DNA from: Phallusia mammillata
Taxonomy: Eukaryota
Assembly: GCA_965637545.1 (NCBI GenBank)
Contig: OZ281496.1
Location: 4,092,001 to 4,156,000, forward strand
Direction of reading: 5' to 3'
Length of the DNA: 64,000 bases
Within the stretch, counting starts at the first letter, position 1. The number at the start of each line of letters is the position of its first letter. Shown here one piece after another: positions 24,142-36,800 of this stretch. The position numbers and the translations under genes were made by a program. Below the pieces are notes generated by a model. The model saw only the letters and a list, made by a program, of their open reading frames with translations, did no database searches and was not told the DNA's origin.

Positions 24142-27100
24142 ATGTCAAGTCGACTATTAAAAGCGGCACTTTTTGTGAGCGCTCTGAGTATGCTCCTCCG
24201 AGGTTAGTGACTTTATTGATTTTTGTTGTGATTTCAACTTAAGTGGTATGCATGATAAGTCAAATTCTGGCAGTACGACAACATTAAGCTTTGCTGTGCG
24301 TTTTTCTGGAGGACCACGAGTACAAGCTCAGTAGAAACGACCAAAACAGTGGTCGGCAACCGCCGGTACGCGACGAGTTCGTTATCAGGCTGTATAATCT
24401 TTAAGGTTTTAAATGGTCTAAAACATTTTGTCCATGTATCCCGGGGAATACAAACTAATTTAGGTTTTTTCATTGCCAAATATTTGTAGTTTTTTTTAAG
24501 ACCGGTCCGCGATAAAACTTTAGTTTCAAAAACGGTCTGCAGTAGAGAAAAGGTTGCCGACACCTGCTCCAAAAGACATTAATGTTGTGTTGCAAATATC
24601 ACGGATGTTATATAAAGGGAGCTATGGGTCCCGAGGGTTACTTAAAGGGGTAATCGATCTATAAAAGGCTGGGAATCACTGTTCTAGTATTGAGAAATCA
24701 GAGAGAGTAACACGAGGACAAAAATTCAGGCCCCACATTGATTAGATATAGTTTAGTATTTAAAAAAATATTTTCTACTTTAGTATTAATGCGACATCTT
24801 TAGGCGAGCATTCTTCTTGGCTAATACGTATATATCAAGGGAAATATTGGTTGTGGCCAGGAGAAGTCCTGCAAAGCATCGTTTTCAACTTGATATAGAT
24901 TTTCGTCTTTTTTTTTTTTTTTTTCGTTTTTTTTTAGTATCCTATAATGCCGCTTTTCGTATTTTTTGCAGCTGAAACTGCTTCCTAGCATAATAAACAG
25001 AGTGGCAATATCCATCGTTGCACCTTTTTTAATTTTTATGTATTTTAGTTGCACACCAACCAAGTAACATCCCACAAACCCTTTATGTCATACAACAATA
25101 CCTGGTCATACGGCACAAGGGGAGACTGTCCGTTATATTGTCGAACATTGAAAGATATATTTTCGTAAATTGAAAACTTTGGAATATGTAGGCTTAAACA
25201 AGTAAATTGGGCGAAAATACGCCATGGTGGCGAACAGGCTTGTATGAGAGCTAAAGCTTGTTAAACAGCATGTTATACTGTTTTACTTAAAATGGTGCTT
25301 GTATCATTTAGTTTCCGACACACTGTGTGCAGTGGAGAATGTAAGCGGTGCTCATTATTATACACCAATTGCCCCTAACTGTAACACATGGGCCCGACGA
25401 TTTGTTTCAACTGGAGATTCTTCTCGGTTAATTGCACATTTCCGTTTGGGACAGCTTGCTGCAAACAACTTTTGCAAGGTAAAACTTTACGAACTTAGTC
25501 CTTGAAATGAGCCTAATTCGAAATTCGTCCGTTCGTTTCCGCGTAGGTTCGAATTTCATTTCTTTCAGTTAGATTTTAAATACTTTCCTAACCTTATGCG
25601 CAAATCGTGAACAAAAAACATCTAGATTTACGAGGGATCCGACGACCAAGGTAAATTAGCTGGAACGTTGGAAGGTGGAGGCTTATCTTTTCCAGTTATC
25701 GTTGAAAGTTCGTCTGCTTATATATCTTGTGTCACAGACCTCACATCGGAATCTGTGTCGTTTTGTCTACAACCATGTAAGTCAGGCTTACGATTCATTT
25801 AAAACCGAAACTTAAAGCATATATTGTAGATGAAACATGTTTTCGGGTCGATATCAGGAACAAATAAAATGATGTCAAATCTATTATTTTGCAGACATTG
25901 AAAAAAAAAAAAATTTGCAAACATAGTTTTAATGTAAAAAAATCGCAGTTGATGAGCACTTTTTAAACAGTGGTGATATTCCATTGCTTATCGGATCGAC
26001 AACTACACATAAGTCACAGAAAATCGACAACACGATGGTCAAAACAATTGCTTGGAACTATTTTACCAGCTGTGTTGTCTCAAGCTAAACTTTTTGTGTT
26101 TTATAGTTACTTCGTGCGGGGAAGATGTTGCTGATATACCGTACAATTTACTATCTCCGATGTTTCCTGGTAACTACCCCAACCTTGCTGGTTGTATTTG
26201 GAGACTTCAAATGAATTGCAGCACAACCTTATTGTTCCATTTTTCCTCATTTGACACTGAAACCAACTACGACATTCTATACGTAAGTGTCTTAACTTAT
26301 AATATAACCTAAAAATCCAGGAGATATTGACAACGCATATAATCGAGTGGAAACGGTTTGTTATCTGTGGGACATTTCCTGCCGCACGCACTGAAAGTAA
26401 TACATGATTAAGTTTTTTTTTAAATGTATTTTAGAGTAACATATTTATTATAAACTGATTTTGCAGTGCGAAAAAGTTCACTTCTAATATTGAGGAAAGC
26501 AATAAATTTGTTTAAAGTGAAATCCTATTTTTGTTAAGCGCCTAACTAAATGATGAAAAACTTGCGGCTTTAAGAAGGTATGCGGCCTTTTATGACAAAA
26601 AGTGCGCCCCCCCTGCGGCATAATGTTAACATTTCTGAACATACGAAAAGTAACTAAATGGAGTATTGTTTTCAGTTCAAGAACGAAGAGGGTATTGTGG
26701 ACAGATTTTCTGGGACGCTTCGATCATCTGATTACACGATGACAGCAACAAATCTTACTGTTGTGTTTTTGACCGACGGTAGCGGGCAATACAGAGGATT
26801 TAATGCGACAGTAGGTGAGGCAAATCTTCTTTCAGGCACACAATTTTGACATGCAAATAATAATAATACACTTGATCTCAGCTAGCATGGGTTGTGGTAC
26901 GATGTAAAAAAACTTCAATATTTATTTTAAAAACTAAGATCTAGTCAATAAGATAACACCGAATAATTGCGACAAGTGCTATAGATTTCCTTTTGGTTTA
27001 GCTAATTACATTCTAGAGAGTTCCCCACGGGCTCTTTTGACATCAAGTTCTTATTTTTGGTTCTGTCTCACCAAATTACATCATTTTGTTAGTTCGCTGA

Positions 27101-30100
27101 TGCCAAGCTGTACCATTTTATATGATAAAAATGCGGGGTAAATAAAATCCATTAAATTATTATCACAATATAAAAGCCATGAAATGTTTGAAATAACAAA
27201 TTTAATAAAAGCAATGAAATAACAAATTTAATGCGTGGAAGTAAATTTTAATCCATAAAAAGTGGACTAGTGCTCGAACTTTATTATCACGGTTTAAGAA
27301 TGCTTTTTGTGTAGAAATACAACCAACTGTTGAATGTAGGACTGCAAATTTGATCATAAGGTAGGTTAATACTTTCTTTTTGATTCTTTTGTGAAATTTA
27401 TTGATAATTGTTGAAAGTAATAATCAGAAGATTGTTGAAAAAATTTGAAGTATTTCAAGCATTTTGTTGTGCTGCCTGTTTTTGTCATAAGCCTGCAATT
27501 GCTTGTTTTTCATTGATTGAGACATCTTTTACTTATCAGCAATGGGTCTTCTAATGGGATGCCGCTAGAAAAACTGCAACATAGTATAAATGTTTGGAAA
27601 ATAAAAAAAATGACAGGTTGTCTAGACTTTTATAATGCCCAAAAACACGACAGTCCAATTTTCGCAGAGTAACAGCTGATCAACAGAACACATTAGATTA
27701 CGAACTCGGTGACACACTTTACATCGCATTGGACAGGGAAACTCCCCTTTCTCAACTCAATAACAGCTGCAAGGTCACGGGGTCAAACCCAGTGTTTACG
27801 TTTGACATTGGCCAATGCAAAGGTGTTTTTAAGGTAAAATTGGATTTTGTTCTGAACTCATAGACTATATGTCCTTATTATTTTTTTAGACAACATTATT
27901 CGTTAGAAGTAATAAACATTGCATGGCTAGGGGTAATAATAAAGTGCAATAAGCTTTTTATTGCTGCATAATAAAAATGAAATACCAATTTTGAAATATA
28001 ATGTAATTTTCGTGCTCTTATACAGAATGAAAACGGTATGGTGTCGGTGTCTTTCCTGATCTGGAGGTTTCTAGCTCCATCCCCTGCAGTGATCCAGCGT
28101 GACGTTCAAAACAAGCTCAATGTGACTTGTTTATTTGACGCGGACCTTCTTATCTCGTCATCCAAAATTAGTACACAAATCGGGTAAAGAGACGAAAAAC
28201 AAACCATTATATAACAGCTATGGAGTGGCATTCGGCACAAGACATCATGTACAAGACACACAGTAGGCGTCATAAAACGTAACACGTAGTCTTTTGTTGA
28301 CATCACTTTGAAACAAATTGACACTGGGAAAACAGAAATGTTCCATATGATACAAAACATCCAACCACACCACGAATGGCATACAGCAGTTAACACATTA
28401 CACACGACACAGAACACATCAATCTACCCATGGCACAAACCACATGACACGCACGACACATTTGACATGAAATACAGTAAAAGTATACCACATCTGCCAC
28501 ATGTAACAAGACATGCACCCAACAGCACCTGCCGCACTATGTCTGACACGCATCACAGTTTGTCTTTCCCTTTCAATTTTTATTAATCGCAAACATTTTA
28601 TTTATTGTAGATCTGCCGAAATTATCGCAAAGAAAAAAGGAAGTTTGGATGTCGACCTAAATCTCTTCAGCAACGAATATTTTACCGAAAGCTTGCCCGG
28701 AGAAGTAACTGTGCCCAACTACATTTTTGCTAAATTTAAACTAGATGGGATTTCTGTAGGCGATGATTACTTTATTGTCCAGGTGAATTGAAAACAAAAT
28801 GCTTTTAGTGCAAGAAAACACTGCATTTACTAGTTTAGTTTTTAATAGTTCTGGCATCGTTGCACTGGTTTGTAAATTGAACTGTTAAAGTGGAATACCT
28901 TTCTTACAGCTGGAAACCTGTTGGGCGACACGCAGTGGAAACTCCAATAGTTTGCCGAATTATCAAATTGTACAAAGCGGGTAAGATATACTTGAATTAC
29001 CTCAACATTTTTTTCTCGTTTGGGAGCTTATTTCTTCAATGATTAATTTTCCACACCTGTATTTCACTCTGTTTAACTTGGAATCGAAATATTTAGATGC
29101 GTAGTGCCACCCAGTGGAGGCGAGGCTGCCAACGCTAAGACGTTGATACGAAATTACGAATCCAACTTTGCAACTTTCAAGTTGATGAGCTTTGTGTGGA
29201 CAAACTTTACCGACGCAGAACAATTTATCTATATCCACTGCGACGTGACCGTCTGTCATAATTCAACTGGACAATGCCCTGAACAGGTGAGTTGAGTTAA
29301 GTATGTTGCTTCCAAACTGGTGTGTCCTAGGTTCGCTTGCCAATACGGTATATTTTCTGACACCAGCTGCACTCATGAGATTTTACTTGTTTAATCAGTA
29401 CAAAGGCCGAGTAGTCTGGCGCGTCTGACCCAAAAAGGCGCGTCTGACCCAAAAAAAAAAAAAACTTGATCTGGATTAGTCCCCCATCCCGCCGTCTCGG
29501 GTCCGAACCACATGATAAAAACGATGTTTACTGTCCATAGCTTACATGCAAACTAAAGAGTATTTGAACCCTCTTGTTTGGTTCAGCTGATAGAGTAATA
29601 GCACGGATAATACGCGGTGCCGTGTAGGAATGCTTGGGAGACCGGCCTTTAATCGGCCTGACGCACTGTGTTTATATATATGTGTGTAATTCGGTATGAC
29701 GCCTTCAATAAAACTGGTGTACAATGAAATATCAATATGAGTGTAATTGTTTTGCAGACTTGTTCTGGTAAGAAACGGCGATCTGTTGAAGACAATGGTC
29801 GCCATCAACTGCTTTCTGCAGGGCCAGTGCATATCGTTCAAGGTACCGGTTATATGCACTTGCTTGGTAACGCAATTTAAACATCATTTAATCTATATTC
29901 TAGATAATATTGCTGATACACGAGCTTTTGCTAAGCAAATTTGTAGTTCTAGCAAGCAAGTCACACCTCTTGGGGCATAATAACTTAAGTTTTCGAAATA
30001 TTTTCCCCATTTATTGTACTGTGGCTTGGTGACTACTTACATAGATGTATATGTGATTAACTTGACTGGTAACATTAACAACCGCACCTTTGTTAACTGC

Positions 30101-30549
30101 CTTGACTTACTTCAAAAAAAGGCTATGTTTGCATCAAAAGACACATATAAATAGGTAAATAAAATTAGACAATTACCTTAAAACATATTTCATGGGTTCG
30201 AATCCCATCTCTAATTTTATTTTCTTGTATCCGTTGCTGTAACAACGAGACTGGTTCGATGGCTTCTTGCAATCTTGACATATACTGCGATTTTTATTAT
30301 AGCGAACACATGACCGTTTCATGGTTGGCTACATCAATAAATAAACAATTCTTCACACATTTTGTTTTTGTTAAGCATGACTTTTTTATCGCTTATACAA
30401 CAGGAGAAAGAAACGAAGCTATAGAAGGAGTTGGCAACAGCTACCAACTTGTGATGTTTGTTCTTCTGGCTGTAATTATTATAGGAGCTGGTTACATCGT
30501 ATGGGGCAAACTGACCCAGGGTCGCAATGCGAGACAAAATCGCCAGTAA
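24142..30549 (+). CDS. Gene B1: signal peptide - CUB-like - CUB - ZP - furin site - TM, 575 aa, 13 exons
   Basis: join(24142..24202,25312..25478,25626..25776,26107..26282,26676..26814,27315..27360,27668..27833,28026..28183,28611..28782,28910..28980,29097..29286,29758..29842,30404..30549) = 1728 nt, open. Same exon phases as A1; MSSRLLKAALFVSALSMLLR; KKRRS; LSAGPVHIV; TM LVMFVLLAVIIIGAGYIVW. Confidence 0.9.
24347..24566. mobile_element. hAT-type MITE in B1 intron 1
   Basis: Imperfect TIR CAGTGGTCGGCAACC / GGTTGCCGACACCTG; flanks gaccaaaa / ctccaaaa (6 of 8 match). Confidence 0.6.
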
Positions 30550-33084
30550 ATGAACTTTTTATTATTCTCATCATAGCATTGTTTGTGTGCATGTAAATAA
30601 CTATTTACTTTTGAAGATAAAAACAAATAACAAATTAAAGCTGTTTTTCATTTAAAAAAACGCTGTTTAAAATTTTGTAAATAAATATTATGCATCATTT
30701 CACTTAATACATGCATCATTCATAGCTAAAGTGCTGACATGAAATTAGTTGTCAAAGTATTGTTGTGTATCTGTTTAATTGTTATGTACAATATAATCAC
30801 ATAGGGTCAAAACTGTGTCTTTTGGCTTAGCTTATGCAATGAATCAGGAAATAACATTTTCAATTATTTTAGCGCGGTAGCCTCTGTTGAGCGTGGTTAT
30901 ATTCACCTTTGAATCTCATTTATGGTATTAAATTTAACACAAATTAAACCCATAACAAAATGATTTTTGTCTGGGGGTCACTAACCCTATGCCCGCTAGA
31001 CTAATTCTTAAAAGAGCCGGTTGGGCACCGTTGGTAAAACCAGTCAAGTTGAGAACTAAAGCTAACCACCCGTGTTAGGAAAAGAGGGTGGGGTTTAACA
31101 GGAAAAGAAACCACCCAAAGAAACCCTGTTGGATAGTTTCAGGCGCCGAAAGAAAGGATGCAGCACAAAACACAGTGACGATATTAAACAATATGTAGTT
31201 TTACTACATTACTAAAAAATGGCACAAAAAATGCAAGCAGAAGTTTCAAAAGAGATTGGGCCCTGTTTTTGTTTGAATGAAAATCATGACATGCTAATTT
31301 GAACAAAGCCACTTTGACAATAGCACAAAACAATTTATATAAACGCATTGCTTCAACACGTTTATACTTATGTTCTGAACTGGTAGCCTTTGAACCATTT
31401 GGTTATCTTAAGGTAGCACTCGGGTTTTAAAAAATGTAAATAACACGATAGTTTTGAAAGCCTAATTTCCGTACGAATTTGAGCAATAGATAGTGTTTGT
31501 TACAAACAAGGTGTTGCATGCTTATATTTAAAGATTTCATATTATAATCTTGGCTAGTTATATTTCGATGTATATGGTCGATTCCAATTTCTTCTTTGTA
31601 ATCCATTTCACACACGCAAAAATCAATATCTGCCGGTCTGGAAAATGCAGTAGGCCTGCGTTCTGAAGATTTCTGTGTTTCTTCTTCCAAGGCTTCTGTC
31701 GCCAAGTTGGTCCCCATTGTATTGATAAATGCATGGCTTGGCTCTTGATACACATTAAACATTATTCATATTTTGTTGTGATGTGTGGTTGTGTAATGCA
31801 GTAAAAACAACTATCTGATTTTTCTGTGTTTTATAGCTCTTGTTAATTCAGTACAACAGGTTTGAAGTACCTTATGTAGACCTGAAACCGCTTGTTTATT
31901 TGTTGGTCTGAACAATGTGTGGACATTTCTGATTAGCAGTAAGGAAAACCTAGACAACCAGTTGCAACCGGTACGAAACCAGCCAAATTACAACTATAAT
32001 TTGCTTTAAATTTGATTATTTAAAGAAGAATATATTTTTTGACATTGCAGATTTACATGTTAGTACAAGTAGCTTTCCACCTACAATTTTTAACGTTGTA
32101 TTGAAGGTGTTATCTAATGTCGCGTATAAACCAATTTAATCGTGATATTTATTCATCAACGCGGGAAACACCTTTTGTATATGGCACAGTATACTAAAAG
32201 GTCATGCATGTCTGTAGGCAATATGCTACGTTGCTTTTGAACTCACTCTTTGGTGAGCACCCTCACTCAACAATTCTGACACAAAAATTGCAACACAAAC
32301 CGAAGTGTGTTGGAAATTATGCGGTATATTTATAACGTTTTCGGGTAGAATGCCAGTTTACAATACGATAAAAACGATCTCAATTTTTTTTTTCGATCGA
32401 GTTATATCACGTTCTCGTACATTGTTTTGACTGATTTCACAAAACAGAAACATTTTAAGTCCTGACATTGCAGGCATTTATTACACAAATCGTATACAGC
32501 ATAAGAGTTTCTGTATAACAACCACATGTTCTTGTTTATGTTGAAAGGGACAGTGTAAGTAACACATTTTGAGTGTGACACATTGCAAGATGAAGTACTA
32601 AGCCACACTAGAGCAAAGAGTACCGGAAGTCAATCGGGAAAACTTTTCTCAAAAATTCAAAGTAATAAAAATTCTGTTATTCACGATTTAATGGAGATTT
32701 ATTAATTGATTGGTTAGTTTTATGCCACAGCAAATACAAGACTAGTATTTTCGATCTTTTTAAATTTGTTTCCAAAAACATTACAGAAAGCAAAATGTCG
32801 CACGTGCCGCAAAATTTTAAAACTGATCGGTATTTGGGAAACTAGGTAATGATGTAGAATCACGTTTTGTACAATTTAAAGTCTATGTGCCCAGGGTTTT
32901 TTTAAGATTTGGTTTGGGTGACCGCTAAGTAGTTTTAAGAGACCGCAAGTGTTTCATTTAAATACCAAAAACTGTAGTTGTAGTTGCAAGTCCAAATTTT
33001 GGGAAACCGCTGGAGAAAACACCTTGAAAAAACACTGCATGTGCCCTGAAATTAACGATAACGGGTAGAGCCCCGATATATTCC

Positions 33085-33302
33085 CTAATGCAGCTGGTTG
33101 TGGCGAATTCCTCCCCTGTTCTCATCCCTTTGCATTCGCTCTTGTGCTGGGGCTCCATTGGGGTCGAAATGGTCAAAGGCGATTCGTGCTAAAATATGAG
33201 GAAAAATTGCTTAAATGAAGAGTTTTTATATTAAACATGGTGTTTATTACCCTTGTTTTGTGGTGGTCGGTTATGTCGGTCGGATTTTACCTTGGGTAAA
33301 AC
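33085..33302 (-). pseudogene. Last two exons of another mini-exon family copy
   Basis: complement(join(33085..33188,33251..33302)): VLPKVKSDRHNRPPQNK|ARIAFDHFDPNGAPAQERMQRDENRGGIRHNQLH*. Same phase 0/1 structure as 2083-2143 plus 1869-1999. Confidence 0.6.
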
Positions 33303-33819
33303 CTAAAACGGAAAATGTCATCAAAGTTTTTATATTAAACGTATCCAATGTTTTTCTGAGATATTGTGGCAAAGCTATGACCACTAAAAAATCTCAATCA
33401 AAATCATTGAGTTTGCAAAACAAATATTTTTATTTGTTAAATACGGATAATAATTCAATACTTCATGAGAAAATGTAATTCTATTTCAAAAATGTTAAAG
33501 CGTTTTGTGGGGAGTAGAATTAAATTCCCAGCAAAAATAAACTGAAACATCATTTATTTTCCTACTTGATCTACGGTAGCTTAACTTTATGTGGAATGCA
33601 AATATGCTGGATAAATCAACTAACTATTGTAATGAGTTTGATATGACTGGTCAAAATAATTCAATCAGTTGTTAAACATAATAACTGATAAGAATGTATA
33701 GAAAATCTGGTCTGAATACAAGGTCAGCAAACACGAAAAACCTTAACCAGAACTGAACTGATTTGTGTTTTGCAAGAGCTATCATAAAGGGTATGTTGAC
33801 ACCTTCACAAAGTTTTTAA

Positions 33820-36800
33820 CTAGACATTTTGAGTAAGTTGGTTACTAGTCTACGTTGTCACTAGTGTTCGTGTAAATTTAGAGCTACAGCATTTGCCTGT
33901 TTATGCAAATAAATAGTTTATGTAATTAATTTGTGACTTAATGAAGTCATACGTTTGTTTGTTTTGGCAGTGATATACATGCACGACAAAATGCACCACA
34001 CTAATCACTAACTTTTAAACTTATTTACTTACATTAGTTTCCAAATCCTAATCCCCGAAGCAGTTCCCGTCCCACCCAAATTCACTGTCAACATCAAAAT
34101 CATCTGGAAAATAAGAGTCGAGGTTCTTTGATTTTGAAGGAACCACTTTATCTTTTTTCTGACAAAAACACAAAAAAAGAATGTTTAGATCTTTTTTAAT
34201 TTTTTTTTCGAACACTATCTGTTTGAAAATTTAACGGTTAACAAATTCATTTTCGAACACTATCTGTTTAAAAATTTAACGGTTAACAAAATAGACGTAA
34301 AAAGCGACATGCTTTATTTTTCAACCGTTTCGGCTAATGCTCATTTCACCATCAGTGACGTGAAGGGCCACATCAGTTACACCCGTTTATACCCACTTAA
34401 GTCACGTAAAAGAATGACAAAAAGGTGAAACAAGTGTCGCTTAAGAATAGTAGATAAACAAGATTTGGGCACTTATTTTTGTCGTTAGATCATTTTAGTT
34501 TTATAATTTGAATGCATTCTAGTCAATTCGAGAAATTCGAGAAATTCGAGAAATTCGAGAAATTCGAGAAAACTCTTCGTGTGTTTTCCAGAAAAAGGAT
34601 TATCAGAAGCGGTAACCAAATTACTAGGAACCAATCAGTTTAATTGTTACTCAATCAACCATCATCAATCGTGAATATGGTTTATTCTAATTAAATATGT
34701 CACTATCGTCAAATACCAACGTGTGATCCTCGGCTTTTGCGCTGCTGGTTTTTTTTTTGAAATTATTTTCTGTTTTGCTGAAAACAGAAATGCTTCATTA
34801 AATACTGACACTTTTTGATACGTTCGTGACTAATCAAACGCAAAATTATGGAAGAGATAATGACACCATACATCACGACAGCTTCACACTTTGCATAATT
34901 CAGATAAGTGGCGCAAAGAGCTGGGTTATTAATTTAACAACTAAAGAGGGATAGGATTGGGAAGTACGTTTCTTTTAAATTTTAAATTGCGAACTAACTT
35001 TTTAAGTTAGTGTTATTGAACTGGTGATGATAATGCCTTACCCCAACCAAAATAACCCTATCCGTCAGCATTTTTAGAGATATATACAATCAGAATATTT
35101 ACTCATAATTACGTTTCAAGCAAGTTCAAGACGACGTACAAATATTCAAGCGGCTTTTTCCATCGCTGGAACAAGAAGTGTTTGAAAATGCAGCAGAGCA
35201 CACTCCTTATGGAAACACTAGCCATGTACAAGTCTGTTAGAAAAATATGACCATGAACTCTTTATAAAGTGTCGTTTTTCTCATACTTACTTGAACCTGA
35301 ACAGAAACCCACAAAATTATTACCAGTATACGTACAATGGCTCCTTAACTTTGATGTTTCCTGGTTAATGATTTTCGGATTCACTGGTACTTGTACTAGC
35401 AACAAAAAAAGCTTCTATTTTTTTGAAAAAGATATTTTTTATTACTTCTTTATATGTCTCAGAATTTATTCGCGATCGATGTTATGTTTGAAAAGCAGCT
35501 AATTTTAACTTTCTATCTTTTGTAATTTGATTTTTATCAAACAAGCCTTTTTCAACGAAACCCAGTGTGTTTGTTCAATGTACGCAAATAGACAAAAAAT
35601 CTACGAGCCTGAATTTCCTATTACCTGTGTATTGTGGCGGTGAGGACATGCTGTATTCATTTTCACCGTATTTGACATTGCATCAAACCTAGATGACAAA
35701 TCATTTTTTTAACGTTTTACTTTTATGAAATAAGCTATTGCTGCCAGGCATAATGTTAGACCAAGTATTGCTCATCCAGCAGTTTTTATTGTAAACAATC
35801 GACGTTTCGACGTCCTATACAGTTTTACTTTTATGTTTGATTGCTAAATACAAATTAAAGGAGAAAGACAAATTTTCTCTTAAAATTTCTTTGCATTTTT
35901 TACTACAAAGAGCTTTCTTACCCATGAATGATTGTTTTGGTAATTTAATAAGCAACGTAGGTCCTCGCAGTATTGAATTTTACTTGTTTATTATTATACG
36001 TGATGGTGGAATGAAAACAAATGAAGCATAATTGTTAATTAATAGTGTCATTATTTTAATTTCTTTACCGGTTTTACTTCAACACTTTCGGTACCAGCAT
36101 TCGGAATGTTGATTGGTTGTTCCACTGTTTGATCTTTTAAAGTTAATTTCACCGTTTTCTTTTTCGCTATATTACAAAAAAAGTTTACTTTTTAATGCTT
36201 ACATTAACCAATGTTTTGCTTTTCAATAAACAACTTTAGATCATATAAAATGTGGAAAACTGACCTTTTTTAGTTGATCCCTTCATATTTTCCGAAGCTT
36301 CTTCTGTTTGTGATCGTTTTGAAACACGTGCATCCATAATTTAGGCAACAGACTGAGCAATGTGAATACTAACACGCAATCAATGACTTTGCCGGTTTAA
36401 TGTTGACTACTTAGGTTTTGTAGTTGACAGGTTGAAAAATAAAAATGTCTAAAAAGCTAAGACGGTCTTGGAACACTGCAGCACAAGAAATTTAATTAAA
36501 ATTAACCTTTTTCGGACCAATGATTTTGGACACAAATCAGGACCGTGTCAGTCTCTTATTTCGCGAATGCCTTTGCACTCAGAAACATGATCCGGGGCTT
36601 AACGTCGACACAGGGTCTTTGCGTCTATGAAACAACTAAGCCTTACCTCCCGTCATCAACACTTGTTTAATCGTCGATTTTAACTATTTTTAAAAATGTA
36701 AAAACGCAATAAAATTCTGGACCGAAACTCGCAGAAAAACTGATAACAAAGTTACTAAATTGACTTGAGCCAAATCCACAAACAACCTTTTAACCGTAAA

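Noticed and set aside
27540-27600. cag|CAATGGGTCTT... as B-type exon 6
   Set aside because: It gives a stop in the required phase; the true 46-nt exon at 27315-27360 (55322-55367 in B2) fits the phases and supplies the first ZP-N cysteine.
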